Source: Chiayiivirga sp.
GTDB taxonomy: Bacteria; Pseudomonadota; Gammaproteobacteria; Xanthomonadales; Xanthomonadaceae
Direction: 5' to 3'
DNA: 64,000 bases
NCBI GenBank assembly: GCA_035703435.1
Contig: DASSYF010000016.1
Location: forward strand, 5,429-69,428
Translations under genes and position numbers: made by a program
Shown: positions 1 to 7,391 of the stretch, in pieces
Layout of the letters: every line of letters starts with the position of its first letter
How positions within the stretch are numbered: position 1 is the stretch's first letter
Notes under the pieces: model-generated
What the model was told of the DNA's origin: nothing
Databases searched by the model: none
Seen by the model: only the letters and a program-made list of their open reading frames with translations

Positions 1-1
1 G

Positions 2-1606
2 TACGGCATTGCCGATGGCGTGGACTTGTCGCAGCTGCCCTGGGTGCGTGGCCGTGGCTACGAGCCTGCGGCACTGAGCAATCTCGTCACCGGCGACACC
101 GTGCTGGCGCGACGCATCCTCGCCAACATCCAACGCATCGTGCCCAATCCGGGCAGTATGCGGGCGCTGGGCTTCTGCGTCTCGGTGGCGCACGCACGTT
201 TCATGGCCGACCAATTCATGGCTGCCGGCGTCGCCGCCGGCGCAGTGTGGGGCGACACGTCATCCGAGGCGCGACAGGCCGCACTCGCCGCGCTGGCCGA
301 CGGCCGTCTGCGGGTGCTGTTCTCCGTGGACCTGTTCAATGAAGGCGTGGACCTTCCCGCTGTCGACACCTTGTTGTTGCTGCGGCCGACCGACAGCCCA
401 ACCCTGTTCCTGCAACAGCTTGGACGAGGGCTGCGCCGCGAAGAAGGCAAGCGCGTGTGCACGGTGCTCGATTTCGTCGGGCGCCATCGCAAGGAATTCC
501 GCTTTGATCGGCGCTTTGCCGCGCTTCTGGGTGGCACCCGCAAACAACTGGAAAGACACATCGAACACGGTTTCCCCTATCTCCCCAGCGGCTGCCAGAT
601 GGAGTTGGACCCCGTGGCCAGCCAGCTCGTGCTGGAGAACATCCGCCAGAGCGTGCCGAGGACCTGGCGAGCGAAAGCCGCGGAACTGCGCCACGTGGCT
701 GAAACCATGGGGCAGGTTTCACTGCAACGCTTTCTCGATCAATCCGGCCTTGAACTGGAAGACCTGTATTCCAACACGCGCTGCTGGTCGGACCTGTTGG
801 AAGAAGGGCGTCTCCCGATCCTGCCGCCTGGACCACGGGAAGCCATTCTTCGCCGCGCCATCGGTCGCCTCCTGCACGTGGACGATCCTGAGCGCATCGA
901 AACCTGGCGGACATGGTTGGCCTCATCCAAACCGCCGGCACTCGCCACCCTGGGCCTGCGCCAGCGCCGCGTGTTCCACATGCTGGCCGCCGTGTTGTGC
1001 GAGAGCCTCGGGATGCGCGAAGCCAGTCTGCAGGATGCCGCCGATGTTCTCTGGCAGCATCCACAGGTGCTGGCCGAGCTGGCCGAACTGCTGGCCGTCA
1101 TCGCCAACCGCATCGAACACCTGCCAGGCGAACTGCCGAACTTCCCGGATGTGCCGCTGTGCGTGCACGCGCGCTACAGTCGGAGCGAGATTCTGGCGGC
1201 CTTCGCCGATGGAGACGTCTTCGGCCTGCTCGAATGGCGCGAAGGCGCACGCTGGTTGCCCGATGCGCAGGTCGATATGTTCGTGATCACACTGGACAAG
1301 TCCAGCGGCAACTTCTCGCCCACCACCCGTTACCGTGACTACGCCATCAGCGAGACCCTGTTGCACTGGGAAAGCCAATCGACAACCCGAGCCGACAGTC
1401 CAACTGGCCAGCGCTATCAACAGCACGCGACGCGCGGCAGTGCGGTGTTGCCCTTCGTTCGCCTGAGCCCCGCCGACCGCGCCTTCTGGCTGCTTGGCCC
1501 CGCCACGTACGTGCGGCACGAAGGCGAGCGCCCGATGGCTGTGACATGGCGGCTGGATCACGCCATCCCCGGTGATCTGTACAGCCGTTTTGCGGCGGTG
1601 GCCTGA
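2..1606 (+). CDS. SF2 helicase C-terminal part fused to DUF3427-like domain (5'-truncated by window edge)
   Basis: Frame open from base 2. Helicase motifs 'GFCVSVAHA', 'VDLFNEGVDLP', 'QQLGRGLR'; C-terminal 'FSPTTRYRDYAISETLLHWESQS' typical of DUF3427 proteins. Confidence 0.85.
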   Translation, partial: YGIADGVDLSQLPWVRGRGYEPAALSNLVTGDTVLARRILANIQRIVPNPGSMRALGFCVSVAHARFMADQFMAAGVAAGAVWGDTSSEARQAALAALADGRLRVLFSVDLFNEGVDLPAVDTLLLLRPTDSPTLFLQQLGRGLRREEGKRVCTVLDFVGRHRKEFRFDRRFAALLGGTRKQLERHIEHGFPYLPSGCQMELDPVASQLVLENIRQSVPRTWRAKAAELRHVAETMGQVSLQRFLDQSGLELEDLYSNTRCWSDLLEEGRLPILPPGPREAILRRAIGRLLHVDDPERIETWRTWLASSKPPALATLGLRQRRVFHMLAAVLCESLGMREASLQDAADVLWQHPQVLAELAELLAVIANRIEHLPGELPNFPDVPLCVHARYSRSEILAAFADGDVFGLLEWREGARWLPDAQVDMFVITLDKSSGNFSPTTRYRDYAISETLLHWESQSTTRADSPTGQRYQQHATRGSAVLPFVRLSPADRAFWLLGPATYVRHEGERPMAVTWRLDHAIPGDLYSRFAAVA

Positions 1607-1783
1607 TGCCCATGGCAAAACGGATTGCCACAAATGTGCTCGGCGCGCCTGAGGATGATTGTTGATGCCAAGCGCATGACCGCACGAGCATGAATGCGCC
1701 GTTGCGCGGGCGTATGCTACGGATCGTGCACCGCACGTACGGAGGGGATCATGAGCGTGTTGCCTGTCTTGCTTGCGGGTTCG

Positions 1784-2050
1784 CTAGCCTGGGCATAAAT
1801 GCCCGCCGGCGGTGGTCCCGCGCCGATGTTGCCCGGTGATGAAATCAGTGCACAGCAACGCGCGCGCATCGATGCAATGCTTGAGCGATCCCTGTTTGAT
1901 TTCCTTCTCGATTCGATTGAGCAGCATCTGTACCCTCCGACGATTCTCAGCCGTGTCCGGCAGCGCTGTCTGTTCGCGGCAACGCACGCCTTGGAAGAAG
2001 AAGTCGAGATACAGCGTCCTGGTTTCGGGTCGCGCACGGACCTTAGACAT
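1784..2050 (-). pseudogene. Truncated tyrosine integrase: only the N-terminal arm-binding (DUF3596-like) domain
   Basis: ATG at 2050 overlaps the excisionase stop. 'MSKVRARPETRTLYLDFFFQGVRCREQTALPDTAENRRRVQMLLNRIEKEIKQGS' matches this integrase class; similarity ends near 1885 and no catalytic domain follows in the listed ORFs. Confidence 0.75.
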
Positions 2051-2300
2051 GAGCCGATCCGCCGCTCGCCATCGGAATGGCGCCAACTGGGGACAATGCA
2101 TGGTCAGGCGTGCGGGATGCGGAGAACTTTCCGATATCGCGCTGGATCGTCTCCCAAATGAAGAGCAATTTCCGTCCGCCAAATGGGCGGATGTAGTGCA
2201 CGCCCTCCAGCAGCACCGCGTCCTTCAGTCGCGTGCGGATAGTGCGGGTGTCATAGTGGATGCGACTGGCCAATTCATCCGTGGTGAGGTAAGTTTGCAT
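2043..2300 (-). CDS. Excisionase-like DNA-binding protein
   Basis: 'MQTYLTTDELASRIHYDTRTIRTRLKDAVLLEGVHYIRPFGGRKLLFIWE'; MerR/Xis-like HTH directly upstream of the integrase fragment; RBS-like AAGGAA before ATG 2300. Confidence 0.75.
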   Translation of the reverse strand: MQTYLTTDELASRIHYDTRTIRTRLKDAVLLEGVHYIRPFGGRKLLFIWETIQRDIGKFSASRTPDHALSPVGAIPMASGGSAHV

Positions 2301-2433
2301 GGCGAGTTCCTTGTCGTGTGGTCTCAACAGGCGTCGCGTATCAACGACGCACGTTGTCGATAATAGGCGATTGCTGTCGCTTGACAACACCGAACGTCGC
2401 GCATAACCGACATTGTTTATAGTGTGTTCACTA

Positions 2434-2667
2434 ATGATCCGATTCCGCCTAACCGAATTGATCGCAGACAAGGCGTTCAAGGAGCGTAGAGTCGTTGCGT
2501 TGACTGAGGTCGCGGAAGCAACCGGCGTGCATCGGGCAACCTTGTCGAAGATGGCCAACCAGCCCGGCGCAAATATCGGTTCGGAAATCATCGACAAGCT
2601 ATGCAGGTATTTCGGTTGTCAGCCTGGCGAACTGATGATGTATGTCGATGACGAGGGCGTGGGCTGA
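2434..2667 (+). CDS. Xre/Cro-C1 HTH transcriptional regulator
   Basis: 'LTEVAEATGVHRATLSKMAN...IIDKLCRYFGCQPGELM'; divergent from the excisionase. Confidence 0.85.
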   Translation: MIRFRLTELIADKAFKERRVVALTEVAEATGVHRATLSKMANQPGANIGSEIIDKLCRYFGCQPGELMMYVDDEGVG

Positions 2668-2855
2668 TCCCGTTCCGAGCGCGGCACGGATCATCGGTGA
2701 ACTCGGTAGTAGGTCCGTGGACTTGCCGAACCTCAGATCAGCGCAAGTGCATGCCTTGTTCGGTGCGCTTGAGGATGAATTGCTGATGCCATACGCGTGA
2801 CCGACGCCTGCCGTGTCATCGAGTGCGTGGGTCAAATTCGCGTTTTCGTCCAGAT

Positions 2856-2976
2856 CTGTGACACGCAAACCTGTCACAGAACCTGCCACAGACGTTTTTG
2901 CTGCCACAGACGGTCACATCGAGACCGTCTCCGCGAACTGGGGCAGATGCGGCGCTGTGACAGACTCACTGGCACA
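2856..2976. repeat. CTG(T/C)CACAGA repeat cluster, probable integrase arm sites of the left island
   Basis: Direct copies at 2871, 2883, 2901; related or inverted CTGTGACA at 2856 and 2955, CTGGCACA at 2969; next to the att fragment. Confidence 0.55.
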
Positions 2977-3000
2977 AAAAAGCCCGCGACGGAGGCGGGC
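2976..3000 (-). terminator. Rho-independent terminator downstream of the att fragment
   Basis: Minus strand GCCCGC-ctccgtc-GCGGGC-TTTTTT. Confidence 0.7.
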
Positions 3001-3036
3001 ATTCTTACTGCAAGAGTCTGATTTTATTAGTAAATT

Positions 3037-3050
3037 ATGGTGGTATGGGT
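3037..3050 (-). repeat. Displaced att copy of the tRNA-Met 3' end with a 1-bp deletion
   Basis: atggtgg-tatgggt (3037..3050) versus atggtggctatgggt (8776..8790). Confidence 0.75.
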
Positions 3051-3111
3051 TCAACCGAATACATACCGCAAGATGTTGATGAAAAAGCAATTTGAGAATT
3101 GTTGTTTTTCG

Positions 3112-3133
3112 ATCTACTCACAATCCTACTCAC
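3112..3133. repeat. 22-bp direct repeat ATCTACTCACAATCCTACTCAC (left copy; arm-type site)
   Basis: Identical to 8642..8663; about 60 bp inside the left att. Confidence 0.8.
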
Positions 3134-3254
3134 TTTTCGGAAAGTGTCCCCCGCTGGCGGTAGCTCGTTCCTTCAATTGTGGACGCGTGAAGTTAGGGCC
3201 CCGCCTCGGTGTCCGGCCATCGTCGCCAGACTGGTGCATCCCCCCCGCCTACCG

Positions 3255-3794
3255 CTACACGCCGGGAAACCGCGCCTCCATGCTCGCCACGAAGGCGCAC
3301 AGCAGGGCATCGCGCAGTTCAGCTTCACGCCACCATGCGGCGCGCAGTCGGGCAAAGGTCGTGGCGTGCATCCCTTTGGGCTTGGGGCCGTGGCCGTAGT
3401 GGTCTTGTTGCCAGTCCAAGCGCCGTTCGAGCGCCCATGTGCGCCGCCAGCTTCGATCTATCGCATCGCATCGGGTAGACGGATACGCCAGCCGGGCGCA
3501 GGTGCGACAGGCAGGCCAGCCGTGCGCGTAGAGAATCGCGCATCGGCGCTGGCAGCGTGGGCAACGGAACCATGCGCGCAGGCCGCCAAAGCGGCAGGGT
3601 GTCCATTCAAGTGCGATGCGCTGGTGAACGTCGCGCTCGCCATCGGCGAAGCGGTAGCGGTAATCCAGCGTCGCGGCGATGCTGTCCGGCCCGATGCCCT
3701 TGGCGCGCAGGTCGCGGACGTGGATACGCGACACGTCGCAGGTGCGTACATGGGTGGCCTTCCTGCCTGCGCCGTAGCGGGTTCCGCCTTTCAT
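3255..3794 (-). CDS. Hypothetical Cys-rich (zinc ribbon) protein of satellite-like islands
   Basis: 'WFRCPRCQRRCAILY...CRTCARLAYPS' with two CxxC pairs. Confidence 0.75.
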   Translation of the reverse strand: MKGGTRYGAGRKATHVRTCDVSRIHVRDLRAKGIGPDSIAATLDYRYRFADGERDVHQRIALEWTPCRFGGLRAWFRCPRCQRRCAILYAHGWPACRTCARLAYPSTRCDAIDRSWRRTWALERRLDWQQDHYGHGPKPKGMHATTFARLRAAWWREAELRDALLCAFVASMEARFPGV

Positions 3795-3829
3795 CGTGGC
3801 TGCACTGAAATCGAAATCGCTTGGGAAGT

Positions 3830-4216
3830 TCAGCCGTCGCCGGGATGGCTTGTGGCATCCAATCGGCGCAGTTCATCGGCCACGGCTTCGGCGGTGTCAT
3901 GCTCGAAATCCAGCGCGCTCACGCGATGGTGATGCGCCAACCTTTCGGCGACATCGCTTCGGCCTGCCAGCGCATTGACCACAACAACGGCAGGGCGCGG
4001 GGAGTCAAAGCCGGGCTTGCCGATCAGGTAGGACGCAAGGAAGCCGCGCGCGGTCGCGTCGCCAGACTTTGCAGCTTCAACGGTGGCGGTCATGATGGCG
4101 CGCCAATCGTCCAAGGTGACGGTATCAATCAGCGTGCGCATGTAGTCGCCTTCGACACGGCGCGGCGCGCTCGAATCCTTGACGTAGTGCAGGCGCGTGG
4201 CCTTGGGTTTGCTCAT
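3830..4216 (-). CDS. Hypothetical protein, possibly small-terminase-like (DUF5681-like)
   Basis: ATG 4216 with RBS AAGGAA; 'DWRAIMTATVEAAKSGDATARGFLASYLIGKP'. Function is inference only. Confidence 0.6.
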   Translation of the reverse strand: MSKPKATRLHYVKDSSAPRRVEGDYMRTLIDTVTLDDWRAIMTATVEAAKSGDATARGFLASYLIGKPGFDSPRPAVVVVNALAGRSDVAERLAHHHRVSALDFEHDTAEAVADELRRLDATSHPGDG

Positions 4217-4246
4217 GGCGTGGTTCCTTCGTCGGATCAGCACAAG

Positions 4247-4263
4247 TCCGTTACTGCGTAACG
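4247..4263. promoter_or_regulatory. Palindromic operator copy TCCGTTACTGCGTAACG
   Basis: CGTTAC-tgc-GTAACG palindrome, identical to 4525..4541; upstream of the gene at 4216. Confidence 0.65.
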
Positions 4264-4268
4264 TGGCT

Positions 4269-4514
4269 TCACTTGATCGCGTGGTACGCATCCCATGTGG
4301 CCGCGCTCATCTTCACGGTAGCGCGTGCATCCGCGTCAAGGATCAAGCGTTCAAGCATCGCGGCCTGCGTCATGCCCTTGTGCGCAGCGAGCCTGCGTAG
4401 CGCCAAGGCGGCGCGCTGGTCGCAGACGATGTTCAGGCGCGCGCGCGAACCTTCCACGTCGGACAGGTGACGCTGCCGGTAGGCGCGTTGCCGTTGTGCA
4501 TTGGTCTGTGCCAT
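4269..4514 (-). CDS. Small DNA-binding protein (RHH-like)
   Basis: 'MAQTNAQRQRAYRQRH...LRRLAAHKGMTQAAMLERLI'; bracketed by two identical palindromes. Confidence 0.7.
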   Translation of the reverse strand: MAQTNAQRQRAYRQRHLSDVEGSRARLNIVCDQRAALALRRLAAHKGMTQAAMLERLILDADARATVKMSAATWDAYHAIK

Positions 4515-4524
4515 GTGCAGAGAA

Positions 4525-4541
4525 TCCGTTACTGCGTAACG
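4525..4541. promoter_or_regulatory. Palindromic operator copy TCCGTTACTGCGTAACG
   Basis: 10 bp upstream of ATG 4514; identical to 4247..4263. Confidence 0.65.
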
Positions 4542-4582
4542 GAAGAATGGTGCAGATTGGATCATCATGCAAGCCGCAGCGG

Positions 4583-4813
4583 CTACCGTTCGCCACCTTG
4601 CGACGCTGCCCATTCCTGATAGGCGGCGGTTTGCAGTTCGGCCCGCCGATAAGCCCAGCGCCGGAACGGGACTACCAACAAGGTGCATCCGTGGCCATGG
4701 CCGCCGGGCAGGTCGAAGCGTCGCACGTCGCGAGGGCGCAGGTTCCAGCCCGGTGCGCGCTGCGCCAGCTTCAGGGCGTCCAGGACTTCATCGGGTAGGC
4801 GGTTGCGCTTCAT
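4583..4813 (-). CDS. Small hypothetical protein
   Basis: ATG 4813 overlaps the primase stop (ATGA), suggesting translational coupling. Confidence 0.5.
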   Translation of the reverse strand: MKRNRLPDEVLDALKLAQRAPGWNLRPRDVRRFDLPGGHGHGCTLLVVPFRRWAYRRAELQTAAYQEWAASQGGER

Positions 4814-6102
4814 GCGGCTTCCCCTTTCGGCGGGTGCGGTTTCGGCTCGCGCTTGGCGGTCATCGTGCCCTTTACCCCCTGATTCGCCATACACTGTTTA
4901 TCTATGTAGGAGTCTGATTTTCGGTCTTTGCGCAAGGACTGATTTTCAGTCTTAGCGAAACCATGCCGCCAGCGTTCGGCAACGGTGAACAGGTCGGGCT
5001 TGCGGCCTGATTGGGTGACGCGCATTGCAGCAGTGCGGACGATGAAACCGGCATCAATCGCGGCGGCGCGTGCCCTGAAAAAAGTGTCGCGGCTACTGAA
5101 CCCGGCACGGCCCGCCACATCTTCCCACGTCAGCGCGAAGCCGGTTTCGCTGCCATCCCAGCGCCGGAACGCCAACAGCACCACGTCATGCACGGCAGGC
5201 GGCTGCGCCTTCCATTCCGGCGAATCCAACAGGTGATGCGGCAGGGCCACGAAACCATCGGAGCCGTAGCGGCTGGCGTTGGCGGCGATGGCGTCCACTT
5301 CGCGCGCGCATAGCGGCGGCTGGCAGCGTTCGGCATTGATGCGCTGCAATCGCTCGTTCACGGCTGCGCCATCATGGCCGCGCTGGATCAGACCACGCGC
5401 GCAGGAAAACAGCGTGTCGTTGCGTTCGCCTTCCAGGATGGTCTGCGGCAGGGTGCGGCGCTGGCGTGGCGCTACGGACTTTGCAGCGCGTTCTACGGCC
5501 TTGCGTGTGGGCAGCGTCACCACGGTGGCGGATACCGCATCGAATCCGAACGCGGCCCGAACCTGCGCCACGGTGTAGGGCGCGGCATCGCGCAGTTCCA
5601 ACAGGCGCGCGCGGCAGGGTTCGCCCTTGCGGTGGTCGAAGCCGGGAAGGCGCATCACGCGCGGCAGGTCATGCACCTTCGCATCGCCATTGAAGCGCGC
5701 GGCGAGTGCCTTTTGCAGCGGCTTGAAATCGGCGAGCGGGCAATCGGAAACACGCCAGTAGGCATGCCAGCGGCCCGGCGAGCTTTGCACGGTGCAATGC
5801 GGTGCCAGCGGCCCGGCCATCACGGGTTCCAGCGGTGCGCCGTCCAGATCGACAAACAGCGCGCGCACGCTGCGGATGTTCGCAGTCTTGCGCCTGGAGC
5901 CGTCGGTGGCGTTCACGGCGACGAAGATTCCTGCGCCGCGCGTATTCAGATCGGCCAGCGTCGCGGCGTGGTCATCAAGCGTGCCGTGCAGGGTGCGCAC
6001 AAGCGGCGCGCCGGTCTTGGCATCGTCGAAGGTCTGGAAGGTGTGGCGGATGCCGAGCATTCGCAGGAACGCGGCGGCTTCGTCAAGGTCGGGCGCTGTC
6101 AT
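4810..6102 (-). CDS. RepB-type DNA primase/replication protein with PriCT-like and C-terminal HTH-like regions
   Basis: ATG 6102 (ATGA overlap). 'RALFVDLDG', 'VQSSPGRWHAYW', 'VHDLPRVMRLPGFDHRK' (AEP-fold RepB primase); 'EGERNDTLF...CQPPL...EVDAI' (PriCT-like). Confidence 0.85.
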   Translation of the reverse strand: MTAPDLDEAAAFLRMLGIRHTFQTFDDAKTGAPLVRTLHGTLDDHAATLADLNTRGAGIFVAVNATDGSRRKTANIRSVRALFVDLDGAPLEPVMAGPLAPHCTVQSSPGRWHAYWRVSDCPLADFKPLQKALAARFNGDAKVHDLPRVMRLPGFDHRKGEPCRARLLELRDAAPYTVAQVRAAFGFDAVSATVVTLPTRKAVERAAKSVAPRQRRTLPQTILEGERNDTLFSCARGLIQRGHDGAAVNERLQRINAERCQPPLCAREVDAIAANASRYGSDGFVALPHHLLDSPEWKAQPPAVHDVVLLAFRRWDGSETGFALTWEDVAGRAGFSSRDTFFRARAAAIDAGFIVRTAAMRVTQSGRKPDLFTVAERWRHGFAKTENQSLRKDRKSDSYIDKQCMANQGVKGTMTAKREPKPHPPKGEAA

Positions 6103-6302
6103 GCCGTGTTTCTCGCCAACAGGCCGGCGGCGGCGTCCAGAAAATCGGCGGCCACCACGTCGCGCGGGTCGGGTTCGTCGGTGGTCTGTGCGATGGCGTC
6201 CATGTCGGCGCAGGCGGCGCGTATGCGGGCAAGCGCAACCAAGCGGCGGGCATCCGGCAGGTGGTCGGGCGCGGCGCGTGTGGGGCCGCTGGTGGCGTTC
6301 AT
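6099..6302 (-). CDS. Small hypothetical protein
   Basis: ATGA-coupled to alpA upstream and to the primase downstream. Confidence 0.6.
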   Translation of the reverse strand: MNATSGPTRAAPDHLPDARRLVALARIRAACADMDAIAQTTDEPDPRDVVAADFLDAAAGLLARNTA

Positions 6303-6514
6303 GCGGCCTTGCCTTCATCGCGCGCGGCGATACGGGCAGCGATCCAGTCGGAAACTTCCGATTCAACCCATGCCGAGCAAAAGCCGAGCTTGACGGGTTT
6401 CGGAAAGTCGCCAGCGGCGATCAGGCGGTAAAGGTGCGTGCGGGACAGGCCAGAGCGTTGTTTCACGCTTGGCAGGCGTTCGAGTGCAGGCGGATGGTGT
6501 GCGGGGTTTGGCAT
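6299..6514 (-). CDS. alpA: AlpA family transcriptional regulator/excisionase
   Basis: 'LPSVKQRSGLSRTHLYRLIAAGDFPKPVKLG...AWVESEVSDWI'. Confidence 0.92.
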   Translation of the reverse strand: MPNPAHHPPALERLPSVKQRSGLSRTHLYRLIAAGDFPKPVKLGFCSAWVESEVSDWIAARIAARDEGKAA

Positions 6515-6605
6515 CGCTTGGTTCCATGTGCGCCGCTGCGGAATTGCGGTGGCGGCCTTGGGACAGGCGATGCTTACTGTATGCACTGGAAAGCGGGTGA
6601 ATAGC

Positions 6606-6692
6606 GGGACAGGTTCATAAAACTTGCCCCGCCGATGTGTGGAACCTGCCCCCTATCGGAGGAAACCTACCCTACCCCTACCGGGGTAGGTT
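6606..6692. repeat. AAC(C/T)T(G/A)CCC repeat cluster upstream of alpA
   Basis: Direct copies at 6621, 6643, 6664 (21-22 bp period); inverted copies at 6606 and 6683. Confidence 0.55.
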
Positions 6693-7303
6693 CAGCGTGT
6701 CGGGGTTTCCGGTGCGCCGCCACTTGGCTGCCAGTTCGCTACGGTGGCGATGCGTTCGCGTGCGTTATTCGACAAGTTGGGCTTGTTTGCGGCTAGCCAT
6801 GCCAACAGTGCCGCCTTGGGCGTCTTGCCAGCGATGGCTTTCGGGTCGTCGCGCACCGCGTTGAATGCTTCGATTGCGGCGCGCAGTTCATCGGGATAAC
6901 GGACAAGGTCAAGCGTGTTCAATGCTGGCCCGGTGGCCTTGGGCCAGTAGTGTTCAATGCCAACACGTTCGGCCCATTCCGATAGATCGGCAACGCGCAA
7001 AATCGTTTCATCGCACAGGTCTGGCGAATCCGGCTCACAAGGCGTTGGGTAGGTGGCATTGATGTCGTTGAACCAAGACAGCGCACGAACGGGACTGATT
7101 TTCCCGTCTTGCACTGTGCGAATCAGCGCAACATTGATTGCACCGGCTTTTGCTGCCCCTTCCTTGTCCGAATCAATCCGATTCGAGTACGGCAACGGAT
7201 CAAGGCCCGCAAGCAACCGGGATGCCTCACGAATCGAAAGCGATTCAACGATGCTCCAAAGCATCCAATAAGGCTGAAGAAAAGGATCAGGACTGGTCAT
7301 CAT
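6692..7303 (-). CDS. Hypothetical protein downstream of the integrase
   Basis: Clean 203-aa ORF; C-terminal 'TPKAALLAWL...ARERIATVANWQPSGGAPETP' of a type often seen after P4-type integrases. Confidence 0.75.
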   Translation of the reverse strand: MMTSPDPFLQPYWMLWSIVESLSIREASRLLAGLDPLPYSNRIDSDKEGAAKAGAINVALIRTVQDGKISPVRALSWFNDINATYPTPCEPDSPDLCDETILRVADLSEWAERVGIEHYWPKATGPALNTLDLVRYPDELRAAIEAFNAVRDDPKAIAGKTPKAALLAWLAANKPNLSNNARERIATVANWQPSGGAPETPTR

Positions 7304-7391
7304 GCGTACCCTTACGCCCCTGTAGTAGAGCCGCGCCAGCGCCGCAGGGTGGCGGCGTTTTCGCCCCGTCGGGCTAGGCGCGGCGGTTCGG

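Noticed and set aside
3014-4921. Shared 12-mer GAGTCTGATTTT at 3014 and 4910
   Set aside because: One copy lies outside the element and resembles generic AT-rich att-flank sequence; the match does not extend.
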